Shown here: piece by piece, positions 15,146 to 28,261 of the stretch
Layout: each line of letters begins with the position of its first letter
Numbering within the stretch: position 1 is the first letter of the stretch
Assembly (NCBI GenBank): GCA_964016885.1
Contig: OZ024741.1
Span: 334,242,001 to 334,306,000, forward strand
Direction of reading: 5' to 3'
Length of the DNA stretch: 64,000 nt
DNA from: Eledone cirrhosa
Taxonomy: Eukaryota
Program-made: the position numbers and the translations under genes
The notes under the pieces: generated by a model
Seen by the model: the letters and a program-made list of their open reading frames with translations, nothing else
What the model was told of the DNA's origin: nothing
Database searches by the model: none

Positions 15146-15491
15146 ATACCTTCCTGCCAGATTGTTGAACGTATATACTTACCTTATGCATATTAACGGC
15201 TGAGTAGCCCAATTTGCATATCGAGTGGCCGGGTGCACCGGGTGCTCGGTGTGTTTGTAAACAAACCTCCGGTATTAAGCGGTAGTGTCTAGCAACCATC
15301 GTTGCTCGTTTGTTCAACACTGACAAAGGAACACTGTGCTAAAAGTGGGAAATGAAATTTCGTTTCATTTTTTCCGTTTATCGTTTTCGGTGCACCCGGC
15401 TGATTAACCCACTCGATATGCAAATTGGGCTACTCAGCCGTTAATATGCATAAGGTAAGTATATACGTTCAACAATCTGGCAGGAAGGTAT

Positions 15492-15534
15492 ACGTTGCTG
15501 ATGATAGCTAATAAGCTTGAAACTAGTACAGCGT
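15492..15534 (+). ncRNA. Minimal hammerhead ribozyme
   Basis: ACGUUG-CUGAUGA-UAGCU aaua AGCUU-GAAA-CUAG-UA-CAGCGU. Confidence 0.85.
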
Positions 15535-15910
15535 TCTTTGTCAGTGTTGAATAAACGAGCAACGATGGTTGCTAGACACTACGGCTTAATACGGGATGTT
15601 TGTTTACAAACACACCGAGCATTATAATAAATGTTTGGTGAATCCATACGTACATATATATATGTGTGCATGTACGTATATATATATACATACTACTGTA
15701 CGTCTGTATACATATATGTATGTACGTGTACATACTTATATTTAAGTAACAGCCGTACCAAGAGTGGGAAATGAAATTTCGTTTCATTTTTTCTGTTTAT
15801 TGTTTTCGGTGCACCCGGCCGATTAACCCACTCGATATGCAAATTGGGCTACTCAGCCGTTAATATGCATAAGGTAAGTATATACGTTCAACAATCTGGC
15901 AGGAAGGTAT

Positions 15911-15953
15911 ACGTTGCTGACGATAGCTAATAAGCTTGAAACTAGTACAGCGT
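15911..15953 (+). ncRNA. Minimal hammerhead ribozyme
   Basis: As 15492 but CUGACGA, differing only at the free N7 position. Confidence 0.85.
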
Positions 15954-16151
15954 TCTTTGTCAGTGTTGAACAAATGAGCAACGATGGTTGCTAGACACTA
16001 CGGCTTAATACGGGATGTTTGTTTACAAACACACCGAGCATTATAATAAATGTTCGGTGAATCCATACGTACATATATATATGTGTGCATGTATGTATAT
16101 ATATATACATACTACTGTACATCTGTATACATATGTATGTACGTGTACATA

Positions 16152-16189
<38 letters not shown>

Positions 16190-16196
<7 letters not shown>

Positions 16197-16760
16197 TAAC
16201 AGCAAAGCATTTATGAACTGAGAAATTAGGCATAAGAGAGATTAGATGTAGTATACTAGAGAGGAGGTTGTGTTAGTATGGTCAGGTGATGTATATGAGG
16301 ACGACAGTTGTATAAAAAGATGTAGGGGATGAAAATTGATGGAAGCTATGGCGTAGGAAAACGCAGGAAGACCTGGGATGTGGCGATAAGATTTGACCTT
16401 GCGCAATTGCACTCTCGAAGACAATGACACAGAATCGAGATCTTTGGTGTTATGCAGTAATACAGAAGACCCGCCTTCCCTTGTTCACAGATTCATGCAA
16501 CCAGTAGGCACCTCTTAATCCACTAGATCCCCTTCCATGCACCCCGCACACCTCTACACCACTCTCCCAATTCTGCTCACACCACCCTTACACTGTAATG
16601 CATTCAGCACACACAGTAAATGTGGTTGCTGTTAAGAAGGACATCCAGCTGTAGAAATCTAACCAGAAACAGTCCTATATGAGCAAGACACGGTCACCTG
16701 ACCCAACTTGCCTCTAACGGGACAAACCGGTCTAACCCATGCTAGCGTGGAAAATGGATG
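16190..16760 (+). mobile_element. RTE LINE 3' end fragment
   Basis: Resembles the reverse complement of 133-420, followed by the RTE 3' UTR motif TCTAACCCATGCTAGCGTGGAA. Confidence 0.65.
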
Positions 16761-16948
16761 GTGGATTGGCAATATCGGTAGAGGGTTGGATGCCATGCTT
16801 TGCAGCTTAGTGTTACGGCCCTTTACGGTCTGATTTCAAATCCCACCAAGATTAACTTTGCCTCTCATCCCTACGGGGTTGATAAAATAAAGTACCTGTA
16901 ATGCACTGGGATAATTGCTGGCCTTGTGCCAAAAGTAGAAACAATTAT
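16761..16948 (+). mobile_element. tRNA-derived SINE (family A)
   Basis: GGATTGGCA..GGTAGAG head, TTCAAATCCC B-box-like motif and the core AACTTTGCCTTTCATCC..GGGGTCGATAAAATAAAGTACC repeated many times in the window. Confidence 0.75.
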
Positions 16949-17177
16949 ATATATGTATACGTAACTATGTATATATATATGTCTCTATGTATGTATTATA
17001 TATGTATGTATACATACCTGTATATATATATATGTGTGCATGTATATGTAACTGTATATATATATATATACATATATATGTATGTACGTATATATATATG
17101 TATATATGTATTATATATATATACAAATATATATATGTATTATATATATTGTATGTGTGTGCATGTATGTATACATA

Positions 17178-17226
<49 letters not shown>

Positions 17227-17563
17227 ATGTATTATATATATTGTATGTGTGTGTATGTATTATATATATTGTATGTGTGTGCATGTATGTATCTATGTAT
17301 ATATACATGTATATATGTATATGTGTAAATATGTATGCATGTATATATGTGTTTGTATGTATATATATATATATATGTATGATTGTATCGCCTATTTGTA
17401 TAGACATATATATTGAGTAAAATCTACAAATACATACACCACACACAACACGAACACCCACTGGTATTTCACTCACAATATGCAGCTTGTATGTTTAGAC
17501 ATGCAGTGTATTATTAAGTGAGTCTACTTTTGTAATACAAATTTATATCTATAATATTTTTTT

Positions 17564-17596
<33 letters not shown>

Positions 17597-17817
17597 AACA
17601 CTTAGAGAACACCCCACCCCACATAAACGCACATATACATACATGCATAAAAACACAACCACAAACACATTTTCAATCCCCCTTCACCCCTTCTCTCTCT
17701 CTCTCTCCTCGTGTTAGACATACATACATGTGTGTCTAACATACATGTATACATATACACCCAGACATGCACATACACACACATATATAGATATGAACCT
17801 GGGATACGCATAACTAT

Positions 17818-17848
<31 letters not shown>

Positions 17849-18784
17849 TATATATATAACCCTTGCTAGCAAGGAAAATGGACATAATTGATGATATGTG
17901 TGTGTCTGTGTATACATTGTTATATATATGTGAGATAAGAGGAGGGAGGGAGAGAGAAAGAAAGGGAGCTAAACATGTCTTCATATTAATACACAGAAAT
18001 ATTCAAACTATATATATATATATATATATTTTGTATTTCAATATCTGAAATAAAGGGAGCTAAACATGTCTCTTAATGAATAAATAAATATACACAGATA
18101 AATAAATACTGAATAAATATATATGTATAGATAGATAAATAAATAAATATATAGAGAGATAAATAATAAATAATAGATATATAGATATATAGATATATAG
18201 ATAGGTAAAATTCTTTTTCCAAGTAAATCTACATCCTCGAGATATATATAGTTGATGCAGAAAATCTATTTTACTTTATAATTATAAAAGAAATATAAGA
18301 ATTTGTAGAAACAAAAATTATTGTTTCATTATATTTTATTGTTTTTTGTAACCTTATAATTTTCAGTTGTGTTTTCTCATTGTAGACAATGTAGTCCATT
18401 GTTCCTTTATCATTATCATCATCATCATCATCATCTTTTTATTGTTGTTGTTGTTCTTCTTTTTATTTTCTTATTATTATTATTGTTGTTATTGTTATTA
18501 TTATTATTCATAGCTACTGTCATGCTAATTATGATAATTATTATTAATAATATTAGTACATGAGACAGCTATTATATCAACAACATAATTACTAACTTGT
18601 ATTAAGAGAGCTATAAATTTTGTGGAGACAGTGGAGGAGTCTGGTGAAATGGGGGGGGGGGGGTAGTTTATTATTATCATTATATATCAATAGGGTTGTC
18701 TTGAGGCGCCTTAACTCAATGGCTAGACAACTTGGTATCTGAGAGATACAGGGTTCAAACCCTCTTGGCAGCTACTGGTAACTT

Positions 18785-19175
18785 CTTTTTCAAAGGTGGT
18801 GGGTTTGCAGTATTGATAGAGCTTGGACAAATGAGCTTTTCAAAATATAGATACAGCCAAGGTTAGTTCTGCCTTTTATCCTTACAGGGGTCAATAAAAT
18901 AAAGTACCATTTACGTACTGTGGTTGATTTAATCAACTTTTCCTTCTCACAAAATTGTTGGCCGCGTGCTTAAAACAGAAATCATGCTTTGCAGTATAGA
19001 GTTATGGTCCTTAACGGTCTGATTTCAAATCCCGCCGAGGTTGGCTTTGCCTTTCCTCTTTACGGGGGTCGATAAAATAAAGTACCAGTAATGAACTGGG
19101 ATCGATTTAATCAACTTCCCCATCTCCAAAATTGTTGGCCTTGTGCCTAAAATAGAAACCAATATTATATATATC

Positions 19176-19224
<49 letters not shown>

Positions 19225-19320
19225 GTTTCTACTTTAGGCACAATGCTAGCAAATTACCCAGTACATTACTGGTACTTTATTTTATCAACCCTGTAAGGAT
19301 GAAAGGCAAAGTTAACCTCG
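18785..19320. mobile_element. Cluster of family-A SINEs (two plus-strand, one minus-strand partial)
   Basis: Core motif near 18870 and 19045 (+) and 19270-19320 (-). Confidence 0.7.
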
Positions 19321-22300
19321 ATATATATATAATGATATATATTGTTATATATATAAATGAATAAGTATAACCAGGATTAAATTACATTAAATCATTTAAT
19401 TGATTGAGGAATGTTTCAATCAACATGTGTTTGGTAAATAATTATGCTATTTATGTTATTTGATAGATTCTGATATATATTCCTGTTGTGTTGATCAAAA
19501 CGTTCGTCAATCAATTAAATAATTTAATGTAATTTAATCCTGGTTATTTTATTCTTTTCTATATACTCTGTAATATTGTAAAACTACTGTGGTTGGAAAT
19601 TAACTGATTGGATTAAATTCTAAATTGCCATTTACATTCTACTGGGGACTATAAAATTACATTTCAGCTTTGAATTATTCTTTGCCTTATATGGATGTGT
19701 TACCAACTTGTCTAAGCTATTATATATATATAAAATATATATAATAATATATTTTATTATTATTATAATATATATATATTATTATTATTATAATATATAT
19801 ATATTATTATTATTATTATAATATATATATCATTATTAATTATAATATATCTATCATTATTAATTATATATCAAGAAAATTACATTGAATTGATGCATCC
19901 CTCAATCATCTCATAATGTAAAATGATGTTACCACATAATACTCTGCCAAAAATATTTTTTTCTTTTTAAACACAAATAAATAGATCAATACCATCACCA
20001 AAATGCAGATAACTATAATAATTACAATAGTTGAATAAAATAGGTAAAGTACCCCTAGAGGTGGAAACATGTAGGGAAAGTTGCCTGCAAGGAATAAAAA
20101 TGCACGGTTTGATTTCCTGCTGGCATCTCTGTCCACTCTTTCCTGTCCCCAGATGTACTTTACCTGATGTATTCAACTATTATTGTAGTTATCTACATTG
20201 CGACGTCTATATTTTTTTTAAATTTCAAAATTCCTAATGTTTTAACTGGGTCTTATTGATAAATAAACACATTTCTATACAGCAAATGGTTTTCATTTAC
20301 CTACAAAATTGGTGAATTAATAAAGTATCGCTTGAAGTGTTTAAGAAATGCAGATGTAAATAATATATTGTCTTCAGATTAGATACTGCTAGATTGGGGC
20401 AAAACCTCCAACAGTCATAATCAGGCCGTCCATAATATAGAAAAGATATAATAGTATATGTAAAGACCATGAGGCAAAAATACCTACTAGATAAAAAGAA
20501 AGAAGTCTGCTTTCATTGATAAACTTTAATTGATTATGTGTTCAAATACTTCCAGGGTCAATTTTGCTTTTTATACTTACAGGATCAATAAAATAAAATA
20601 CCAATTAAATATTTGGGTCGATACAATCAATTTTTCCCTTCCCCTAAATTATCATTCCTGTATAATATCCTACATATTTTCTTTCCCATTCTCTCTCACT
20701 TTTTCATCTTGAAAGAGGACTTCTGCCCAAAATATTGAATGTGTTACTTTTCCTTTCACATTAAACATGCGTTAGTGAACAGCTAGTCATTATGTTTTCT
20801 ATAATTCTCATTCACATGAGATAATGATCATTTGCTACAAATCTCCCTTAATTTTCAACTTGGAACTAGAAGTTAAGGGCGAAAAAACTTGCTTGAGGAG
20901 TTTTCTTTTTTGAAGACCTTCTGCTGTCCAACTCTCCTGAGAGTTTCTTCCAATTGAACTCAAACTAGATGTTCATATTTTGTTTAAATAGATTCTAAAT
21001 TCTCCCAGAAATATTGTAATTGAAATAATTTCATATGTGTGGGTTTTATCGGATTAAACTAATCCATACTCTACCTTCCTTTAAAAATTTCTCCTTGTAT
21101 ACACTTGAGTGCTCATTACCAGGCAAGTGATCTATGGTAGTGTAGGCCTAAACCAAAATACCTCCTGATTTGCATCAGGATCCTACATATGTATATATAT
21201 ATATATATATAATTTTAAAATAAGTTTTATCTTGTTTATTGTATGTTATTACATTCTAGCTTCTCTCTCTCCTCTCCCTATAGCTTACTCTTCTTACCTT
21301 GCCCCGAACTGCATGCATTATGGAAAACTACATATTCCACTATACATATATATGTGAAATGTTGCTAGATAAGGCATATATATATATATAGTCACACACA
21401 CCCACAAATGTTCTTTATATTTAGTGAAAAATTCAGTTACAAATATAACCTCATGATATTTCATTTTTTACATCAGGCATGCAAGTTTATTTTCATCTCT
21501 TTTCTGAAACCCCTAATCGATCTCCTCCTCCCTCTATCCATATCTATCAGAATAATTTAAAATTTGTCGGTGATAATATTAATTTTAGCGGTGAACTAGT
21601 GGAGAAATATAATATTAAATTCAATAAAAAAAAACACATTTCTTTTAATATTCACAAACATAAAGAAAGAAATAGAAAATATGCGAGGAAATGAAATTTT
21701 GAAGGAAAAAAATGAAATTACCCTAATAATCCTATTTGTAAACCATATCTGATATGTATAATTCTATAAGATTTCAAAATAAATCTAATAATAAAGCCAA
21801 TAAGTTTATGAAGAAATTGAATAGAGCTGCACAATACATATTAACTATAAAATAGTTGAATATGTTGAGTAAATTAGCCTTGCAGATAGAAAAAAGGTGT
21901 AGAAAAATGCCTGCAGGAAGCAAGCCATGTCTTTAGCCTATGCTAAATAGTTGTAATAACCATTGAACCAAAGTGAATTGAGGCAGCTTTTCATAATAAA
22001 AACCAATAAATTTCAAATTTTCAAACTTGCCCAATTTCTTATTGTAAATAAACTTATTAGTTTATTTAATTTTCCAGTCAACCATTAAGTCTTCTTTTTA
22101 TTAATGGTGAAATTATTTGCTATTTAGAAATGAGGATAAACAGAATCAGTAGTTTTGTAGTCTGAAGATATATCTTATATATAAGTAAATCTAGGAAGTA
22201 TTTTTGGAATGCAACAAGTGAAGTTTGGAATTGAAAAGATGGTTATCTGCACACCTGGAAGTCGAACCCACACATCTCATTCTTCTATTTCTATTTAAAT

Positions 22301-23179
22301 TCCAAACTTCTTTTACCATGTTCCAAACATACTTCCTTTGTTTACATATCACTATTAAGTTATAGTTTCTAAAAATAACAGAAAAGGTTGGGTGGGTTCA
22401 ATGATAACATAATCATCCAGCAAACAAGAGGTGTAGGTTCAACTCCCATGTGTACAGATAACCATCTTTTTCCATCCAGTGGGTTTATACACTCCATTAT
22501 TAGACAATATTATATAGTCAAAATGTTACAGTGAAGCTTCTATTTCAATAAGTAAATCTATTCCATATGCCACCACTATAAATGAAACTTGAGGGTCAGT
22601 CTGCCTTGTGGTCCTGGTTGACAGGATGGAGAAAACATTGCGCTAGAAGAGGGTTAGGGAGATACATTGGAATAGACACTCCACCACACAGGTCTCACAC
22701 TTGCAGGTAACCAACTCCACTCTGATAGCAGTGAGTAGGGATGTGATACTGGGACCAAGAATGCCAGAAGTCTCCATTGCCATAGGCTCAACCACAAACC
22801 TATCAGAGAGCGGCCAATACTTTGACTGTTTACCCTCTTTGGCCTGACGAGCAGCAAAGCCTGTGCATGTAGCTGAATGTATCAGGTTGCTGCTGGAGAA
22901 GGTGTAACAACATGTGGCATCTCAAATGAGGGGGCCTACTCTCATGAAACAGTAAAAAGTTGGCCAGGTCTCTTTAGTGTAACAGCCATCAATAAATGCA
23001 TGATTTGATTCCTACAGTCATTCCTGCCCTTTCTTTTCCATCTCCAAGGGTAACAATCCAACTTATTTGACATTTTATAGTGAATATAGAAATTGTAGCA
23101 ACTTTTCAGAAAGAAAGTTAATAAGTTTCACATCTAATAATATTTATCTCTAAAGAAATTATCTGAAAGGTTTAACAAA

Positions 23180-23480
23180 GAAATTTCACTTCATAATCTT
23201 TCAACGATTTTCAGTTTTTTTATTCAATTATTTCCAATCCTTTACTCAACTATTTTCTATCTTTCATTCAATTATATTCTGTCTTTCAATTCATAATCTT
23301 TCACTCAACAATTTTGTATTTTTCACTCACCTATTTTTGACCTTTCACTCAATCATAATCTTTCACTTGACAATTTTTTGTTTTTCACTCAACTATTTTC
23401 GATCTTTTTCTCAATGATTTCCAATTTTTCACTCAACAATTTTCAATCTTTTTCTCAGTCATTTTCTATCTTATTCTCTC
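23180..23480. repeat. Degenerate ~20-bp minisatellite (TTTCACTCAA..TTTTC..TC)
   Basis: Recurring TTCACTCAA units. Confidence 0.6.
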
Positions 23481-23861
23481 TAGAAATATTTGTGGTTTTG
23501 GACTGTTTTAGACTTACAAATTCTTGCAGTTACTATTCACTATGTTTGATTTATCACGTCAGTGTTAGCCATTGGAAACATTGAGTTAATGATAGGAACA
23601 AGCCTGAGAAGCAATGGCTATTAGTTAGTTATGAAGAATTAAGCCAATGGAACACAAGACAGACACAAGCAGTGATCAAGATTGAAGAATGGGGGAATTT
23701 GAAATAAAGTCAGTCCATCCAAACTGTAGTGTTTGTTACACTAGGAATATGTAAATATAAATCATATGAAGAGAATCTACAGTCATTCATCTTCACCCCT
23801 GCCCCATTTCCCCACATCTCCAGCCCCCTCCTGACATAAACTTTTGACATGTATTACTGCT

Positions 23862-24385
23862 GCCATCACTACCACCACTACCATCATCATTATCACTACC
23901 ACCATCATCATTATCATCATCATTGTCATCATCACCACCACTGCCATCACTGCCACCATCATTATCACTGCCACCATCACCACCACCACCATTGCCACCA
24001 TCATTATCAGCATCATAATCACCAACTCCACCACCACCACCATCGCCACCATCATTATCGGCATCATAATCACCAACACCACCACCATCACCACCACCAC
24101 CACCATCACCACCACCACCATCACCACCACCACCATCGCCATCATCATTGTCGGCATCATAATCACCAACACCACCACCACCATCGCCACCATCATAATC
24201 ACCACCACCACAAACACCATCACCACCATCGCCATCATCATTATCGGCATCACCAACACCACCACCACCACCACCACCACCACCACCAACACCACCACCA
24301 CCACCACCACCAACACCATCGCCACCATCGCCATCATCATTATTGGCATCAAAATCACCAACACCACCACCATAATCACCACAAA
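23862..24385. repeat. (CAC/CAT)n trinucleotide repeat
   Basis: Directly visible. Explains the poly-His/Thr/Val ORFs. Confidence 0.95.
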
Positions 24386-24666
24386 TCTATATTCATATTC
24401 AAATAGGAATAAAGTATGTTTGTGTGATACTGAATTCTTCTTTGCTTTTCATCCATTCGAAGGCGATAAAAAAATACCAGTCAAGTACTGGGGTCAATTC
24501 TTCTTTTATATCTCTTTCTCACTTCCATTTTTTCACTTTCCCTCCTTTTCGGGAAAGGAAATGAGCTTCACCAGGTTTTAAAATGCTCTAGAAATGTTTT
24601 ATGGTGCCCATACATCTCCCTCATGTGTTATGGGTCCATACATACATGTACTATTACTATCTGTAT

Positions 24667-25140
24667 TGGATTGGCAGTAATCGGTAGAGCGCCGGACATG
24701 TTTGGCAGCATAGAGTTACAGCTCTTTATGTTCTAACTTCAAATCTTGCTGAGATTAGCTATGTCTTTAATCCTTATGGAAGTTGATAAAATAAAGTACC
24801 AGTAATGCACTGCAATTGATTTAATCAACTTTCACCTCACCAAAATATTGGGTTTGTGCCTAAATCAAAAACCATTATAATCCCTATTATTAGGGCGGTG
24901 GATTGGCAGTATTGGTGGAGCGTCAGACCCATGCTTTGCAACATAGAGTTATGGCCATTTACGTTGTGAATTCAAATCCCGCCGAGGTTAGCTTTGCTTT
25001 CATCCTTACAGGGTCGTTAGCTTTGCTTTCATCCTTACAGGGTCGATAAAATCAAGTACCAGGAATGCACTGAGGTTGATTTAAAGGACCTTCCCCTCTC
25101 CCCTTTAAATTGCTGGCCATGTGTCTAAAGTAAAAACCAT
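24667..25140 (+). mobile_element. Two family-A SINE copies
   Basis: Heads near 24667 and 24895. The second has a ~30-bp internal duplication at 24988-25045. Confidence 0.75.
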
Positions 25141-25602
25141 TATTATCTCTATTATTTAATCCAGATATTATAAGTATGAAAAGTTGAGGTATTTCTTGAC
25201 ACCTCTCAGACAAAATTGAATTCACAATACAACTTTAAGAAAAAAGAGAAAAAAATTATATACATGACAGAAAGGAGTCAATGGTTACAGGAAGACATGA
25301 AAATTTAATGAAACATGATAGATATGTTGAAAGTTCAGATCAGCTGTCTAATCTAATCTAATCTTGCTTTGGTGAATGCCAGGATAATCAATGTTGACCA
25401 GATGTGAACCATTTCAGCAGAAATGGTTCAATTCTGGAGAAAATCTGATCTGCAGAGAGGAAAAGTATAAAACTATATTTTCGATTGATAGATTGAGAAT
25501 CAAGATGAAAAACTGAAACAAGTCATCTGTTAAAATTGTAAAATTGTAGAGAAAGAAACTATATATATATATATAGAAGTGGTTACACAACAGTTAGTTC
25601 AA

Positions 25603-25650
25603 CATACCGAGAACAATTGTTTCACCTTCGCGGATCTTCAGATCGGGATG
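25603..25650 (-). ncRNA. Minimal hammerhead (stem I junction mismatch)
   Basis: CCGAU-CUGAAGA-U CC gcgaa GG U-GAAA-CAAUUG-UU-CUCGG. Confidence 0.6.
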
Positions 25651-25955
25651 TGTATGGTTATAGGAACAGGAAGGACAACCGTACGAACGCGCATGCGCAG
25701 AAACTCACTTCTCGCAATAGTGATTGCCTAAACACGAGAAGTGAATTTTTCACACATTGTCCACACGTCACCAAACATCTATTGCATAACTACAAGGTTC
25801 CGGACTGATTCTTTGTAATTTTATTTTTAATTTTTTAATTTTATTTATCTCCCTTACACCTCCCGCATGCAGTCTAGTATTGCCTGTGTGAAGTGACCGA
25901 GTTTCTGTGCATGCGCGTTCGTACGGTTGTCATTCCTGTTCCTATAACCATACAC

Positions 25956-26002
25956 ATCCTGAGCTGAAGATCCGCGAAGGTGAAACAATTGTTCTCGGTA
26001 TG
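25956..26002 (+). ncRNA. Minimal hammerhead ribozyme
   Basis: CAUcCUGAG-CUGAAGA-U CC gcgaa GG U-GAAA-CAAUUG-UU-CUCGGuAUG, with the 10-nt palindrome AACAAUUGUU. Confidence 0.72.
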
Positions 26003-26075
26003 GTGAACTAACTGTTGTGTAACCACTTCTACCTAAGTACTCTACCACTACGGATATTACCTTCCAGTGTTCCAC

Positions 26076-26152
<77 letters not shown>

Positions 26153-26252
26153 CATACATTTAAGTAACTGCCGTACTAAGAGTGAGAAATGAAATTTCGT
26201 TTCATTCTATTCTCTCTCTATATATATATAAATATATATATACAATATATTA

Positions 26253-26440
26253 ATTGTTTCTACTTTAGGCACAAGGCCAGCAATTACCCAGTGCATTACT
26301 GGTACTTTATTTTATCGACCCCGTAAGGATGAAAGGCAAAGTCAACCTCGGCGGGATTTGAAATCAGATCGTAAAGGGACGTAACTATGCTGGAAAGCAT
26401 GGCGTCCGACCCTCTACCGATACTGCTAATCCACCGCCCT
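26253..26440 (-). mobile_element. Family-A SINE
   Basis: Near full-length reverse-complement copy. Confidence 0.8.
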
Positions 26441-26876
26441 TATATATACAATATATTAATAGATGGAAACTATATTTATAAAACCATAATTATTAATATA
26501 TTGAATATTTACTCCAGTATATCTGTTGAGTGCTTTATATCAGTTATAAAACTTTTAAGCTTGTTGAATCCCAACAAATTAAATATAACTTTTGCATATA
26601 TATATATATATAGTCTAACCGATGCTAGTGTGGAAGATGGACATTAAATGATGATAATGATGACGATGAAAATATTCAGGACCCCAACGGCTGAGCTCAT
26701 GCCATTTCGACAGCCGGAGCTCAGCCATCGGCGTCCAGAATCTTTTCATATTACCCACACTACTACCACAAGTATCGAGTACTCTGGAGGGTTAGGGTCC
26801 ACCTGGTATTTTACCACACCCTTTCTGATATATGTGTGTGTGTGTATATATGTATATATATATATATGTATGTCTG

Positions 26877-28105
26877 AATGGTCTGAAGCTGATCCGTGGT
26901 TTCAGCGATGAGTACGATGTCATCAGTGAAACGGAGGTGGGTAAGTATCTCGCCGTTGATGTTGACACCGCCTTACCAGCCAATGCCTCTGATGATCTGC
27001 TCGAGACACGTGGTGAAAAGTTGTGGAGAGATCCTATCTCCTTGCTTCACTCCCTTCGTGACCGGCACTTGTACGGGTGATGACAGCAGAGCTATGTCGG
27101 TAGTGCATCCGGAACTTGCCTCCCTGAGCAGTTGAACGTATTGCGCCTCGACTCCTTGTCTCTGCAGCGAGTTCAGCACTGCGTTGATTTCAACGCTGTC
27201 AAAGGCCTTCTCGTAGTCTACGAACGCGACGCAAAGAGGCATCTTGTACTCTTTTGCTCGCTCAAGCAGTTGTGTCAGAGTAAATATGTGGTCCATCGTA
27301 CTGTAGTTTTTCCGGAAGCCGGCTTGCTCTCTTGGTTGCTGTTCAGATGACATGATAACCTGTTCAGACCATGCTGACGGAGCTCGACATCAAAAGCTCT
27401 GCAGTAGGCCTCAAGATGAGCCGCATGAAAACGAAGTTCATGCGGTCCGACAACGTACCAACAGGTCGAATGGTGGTTGGCGGTGATGAAATAGAGGAGG
27501 TGGAGGAATATGTCTACCTGGGACAAGAAGTGAACATGCACCGAGACATTGAGAGGAAGATCTCGTGGAGAGTAAGGGCAAGATGGAAGGCGTTCAACGG
27601 CATAAGGGAATTGCTCAAGGGGAGGTTGGACAAGACCACCTGTGTCAACCTCTTCAATAGCACAGTTTTACCTGCAATGTTATATGGCAGTGAAACTTGG
27701 GCTACAACGAAGAGAGAAGAGCAGAGGCTGGTAACGGCTCAAAGAGCCATGGAGAGATCAATGCTAGGAATCTCGTTGAGAGAGTACATCAGGAGCGAAG
27801 TCATCAGACAGGAGTCCGGCGTGAAGGATGTCATCATGGAATATATGTGCAGCAAGTTCAGATGGGCTGGACACGTCGCCAGGTTCACCGATAATCGGTG
27901 GACCCGCGCAGTTGCCGAGTGGTACCTGCGCGCGCGGAAACGACCACTCGGAAGGCCTCCACAAGGGTGGAGTTACGATTTCAGGAATACGATTGGGACT
28001 ACATGGATGAGGAAAGCACGATCCAGAGAGGAATGGACAGCGTGCTGTGACCAGCGGCACCGAATGGACGCCCGACAGACTGGTCGGTCAAGGTGATCAA
28101 GGTGA
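26877..28105 (+). mobile_element. RTE LINE (second family) with 5' inversion
   Basis: 26877-27345 (-) gives EQAGFRKNYST, VDYEKAFDSVE, GVKQGDRISP and HLRFTDD..QLQT. 27362-28096 (+) gives MLTELD, YVYLGQ, MLYGSETW and WAGHVAR. Tail (TCAAGGTGA)2. Confidence 0.92.
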
Positions 28106-28187
28106 TATGTATGTATGCATGTATATGTATATATATGTATGTATATATATGTATATATGTATCTATGTATATGTATGTACATATATA

Positions 28188-28232
<45 letters not shown>

Positions 28233-28261
28233 CTATGTATGTATGTATATATATTTATGTA

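Larger units (their letters stand above)
14838..16155. mobile_element. Second locus of the hammerhead-bearing tandem unit (419-bp period) with an inverted left part
   Basis: 14838-15340 has the same orientation as locus 2255, and 15341-16155 is inverted and tandem. Shared blocks include AATGAAATTTCGTTT and GTTCAACACTGAC. Confidence 0.85.
25575..26078. mobile_element. Small inverted-repeat element with a hammerhead in each arm (PLE pLTR-like, non-autonomous)
   Basis: 25575-25706 is the reverse complement of about 25899-26031. The right arm has a further ~47-bp tail. Flanked by (TA)n. Confidence 0.75.

Noticed and set aside
18703-18780. tRNA-like sequence with GGTTCAAACCC
   Set aside because: No complete cloverleaf. 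Most likely a SINE head.
20705-20745. TTGAAAGA-GGAC ttct GCCC-AAAA hammerhead-like remnant
   Set aside because: Too many core and stem mismatches to support.
22560-22980. GC-richer stretch, possibly coding
   Set aside because: No sustained ORF or recognisable motif. Possibly an old LINE remnant but not assignable.
23783-24581. Poly-His, poly-Thr and poly-Val ORFs
   Set aside because: Simple trinucleotide repeat without unique coding context.
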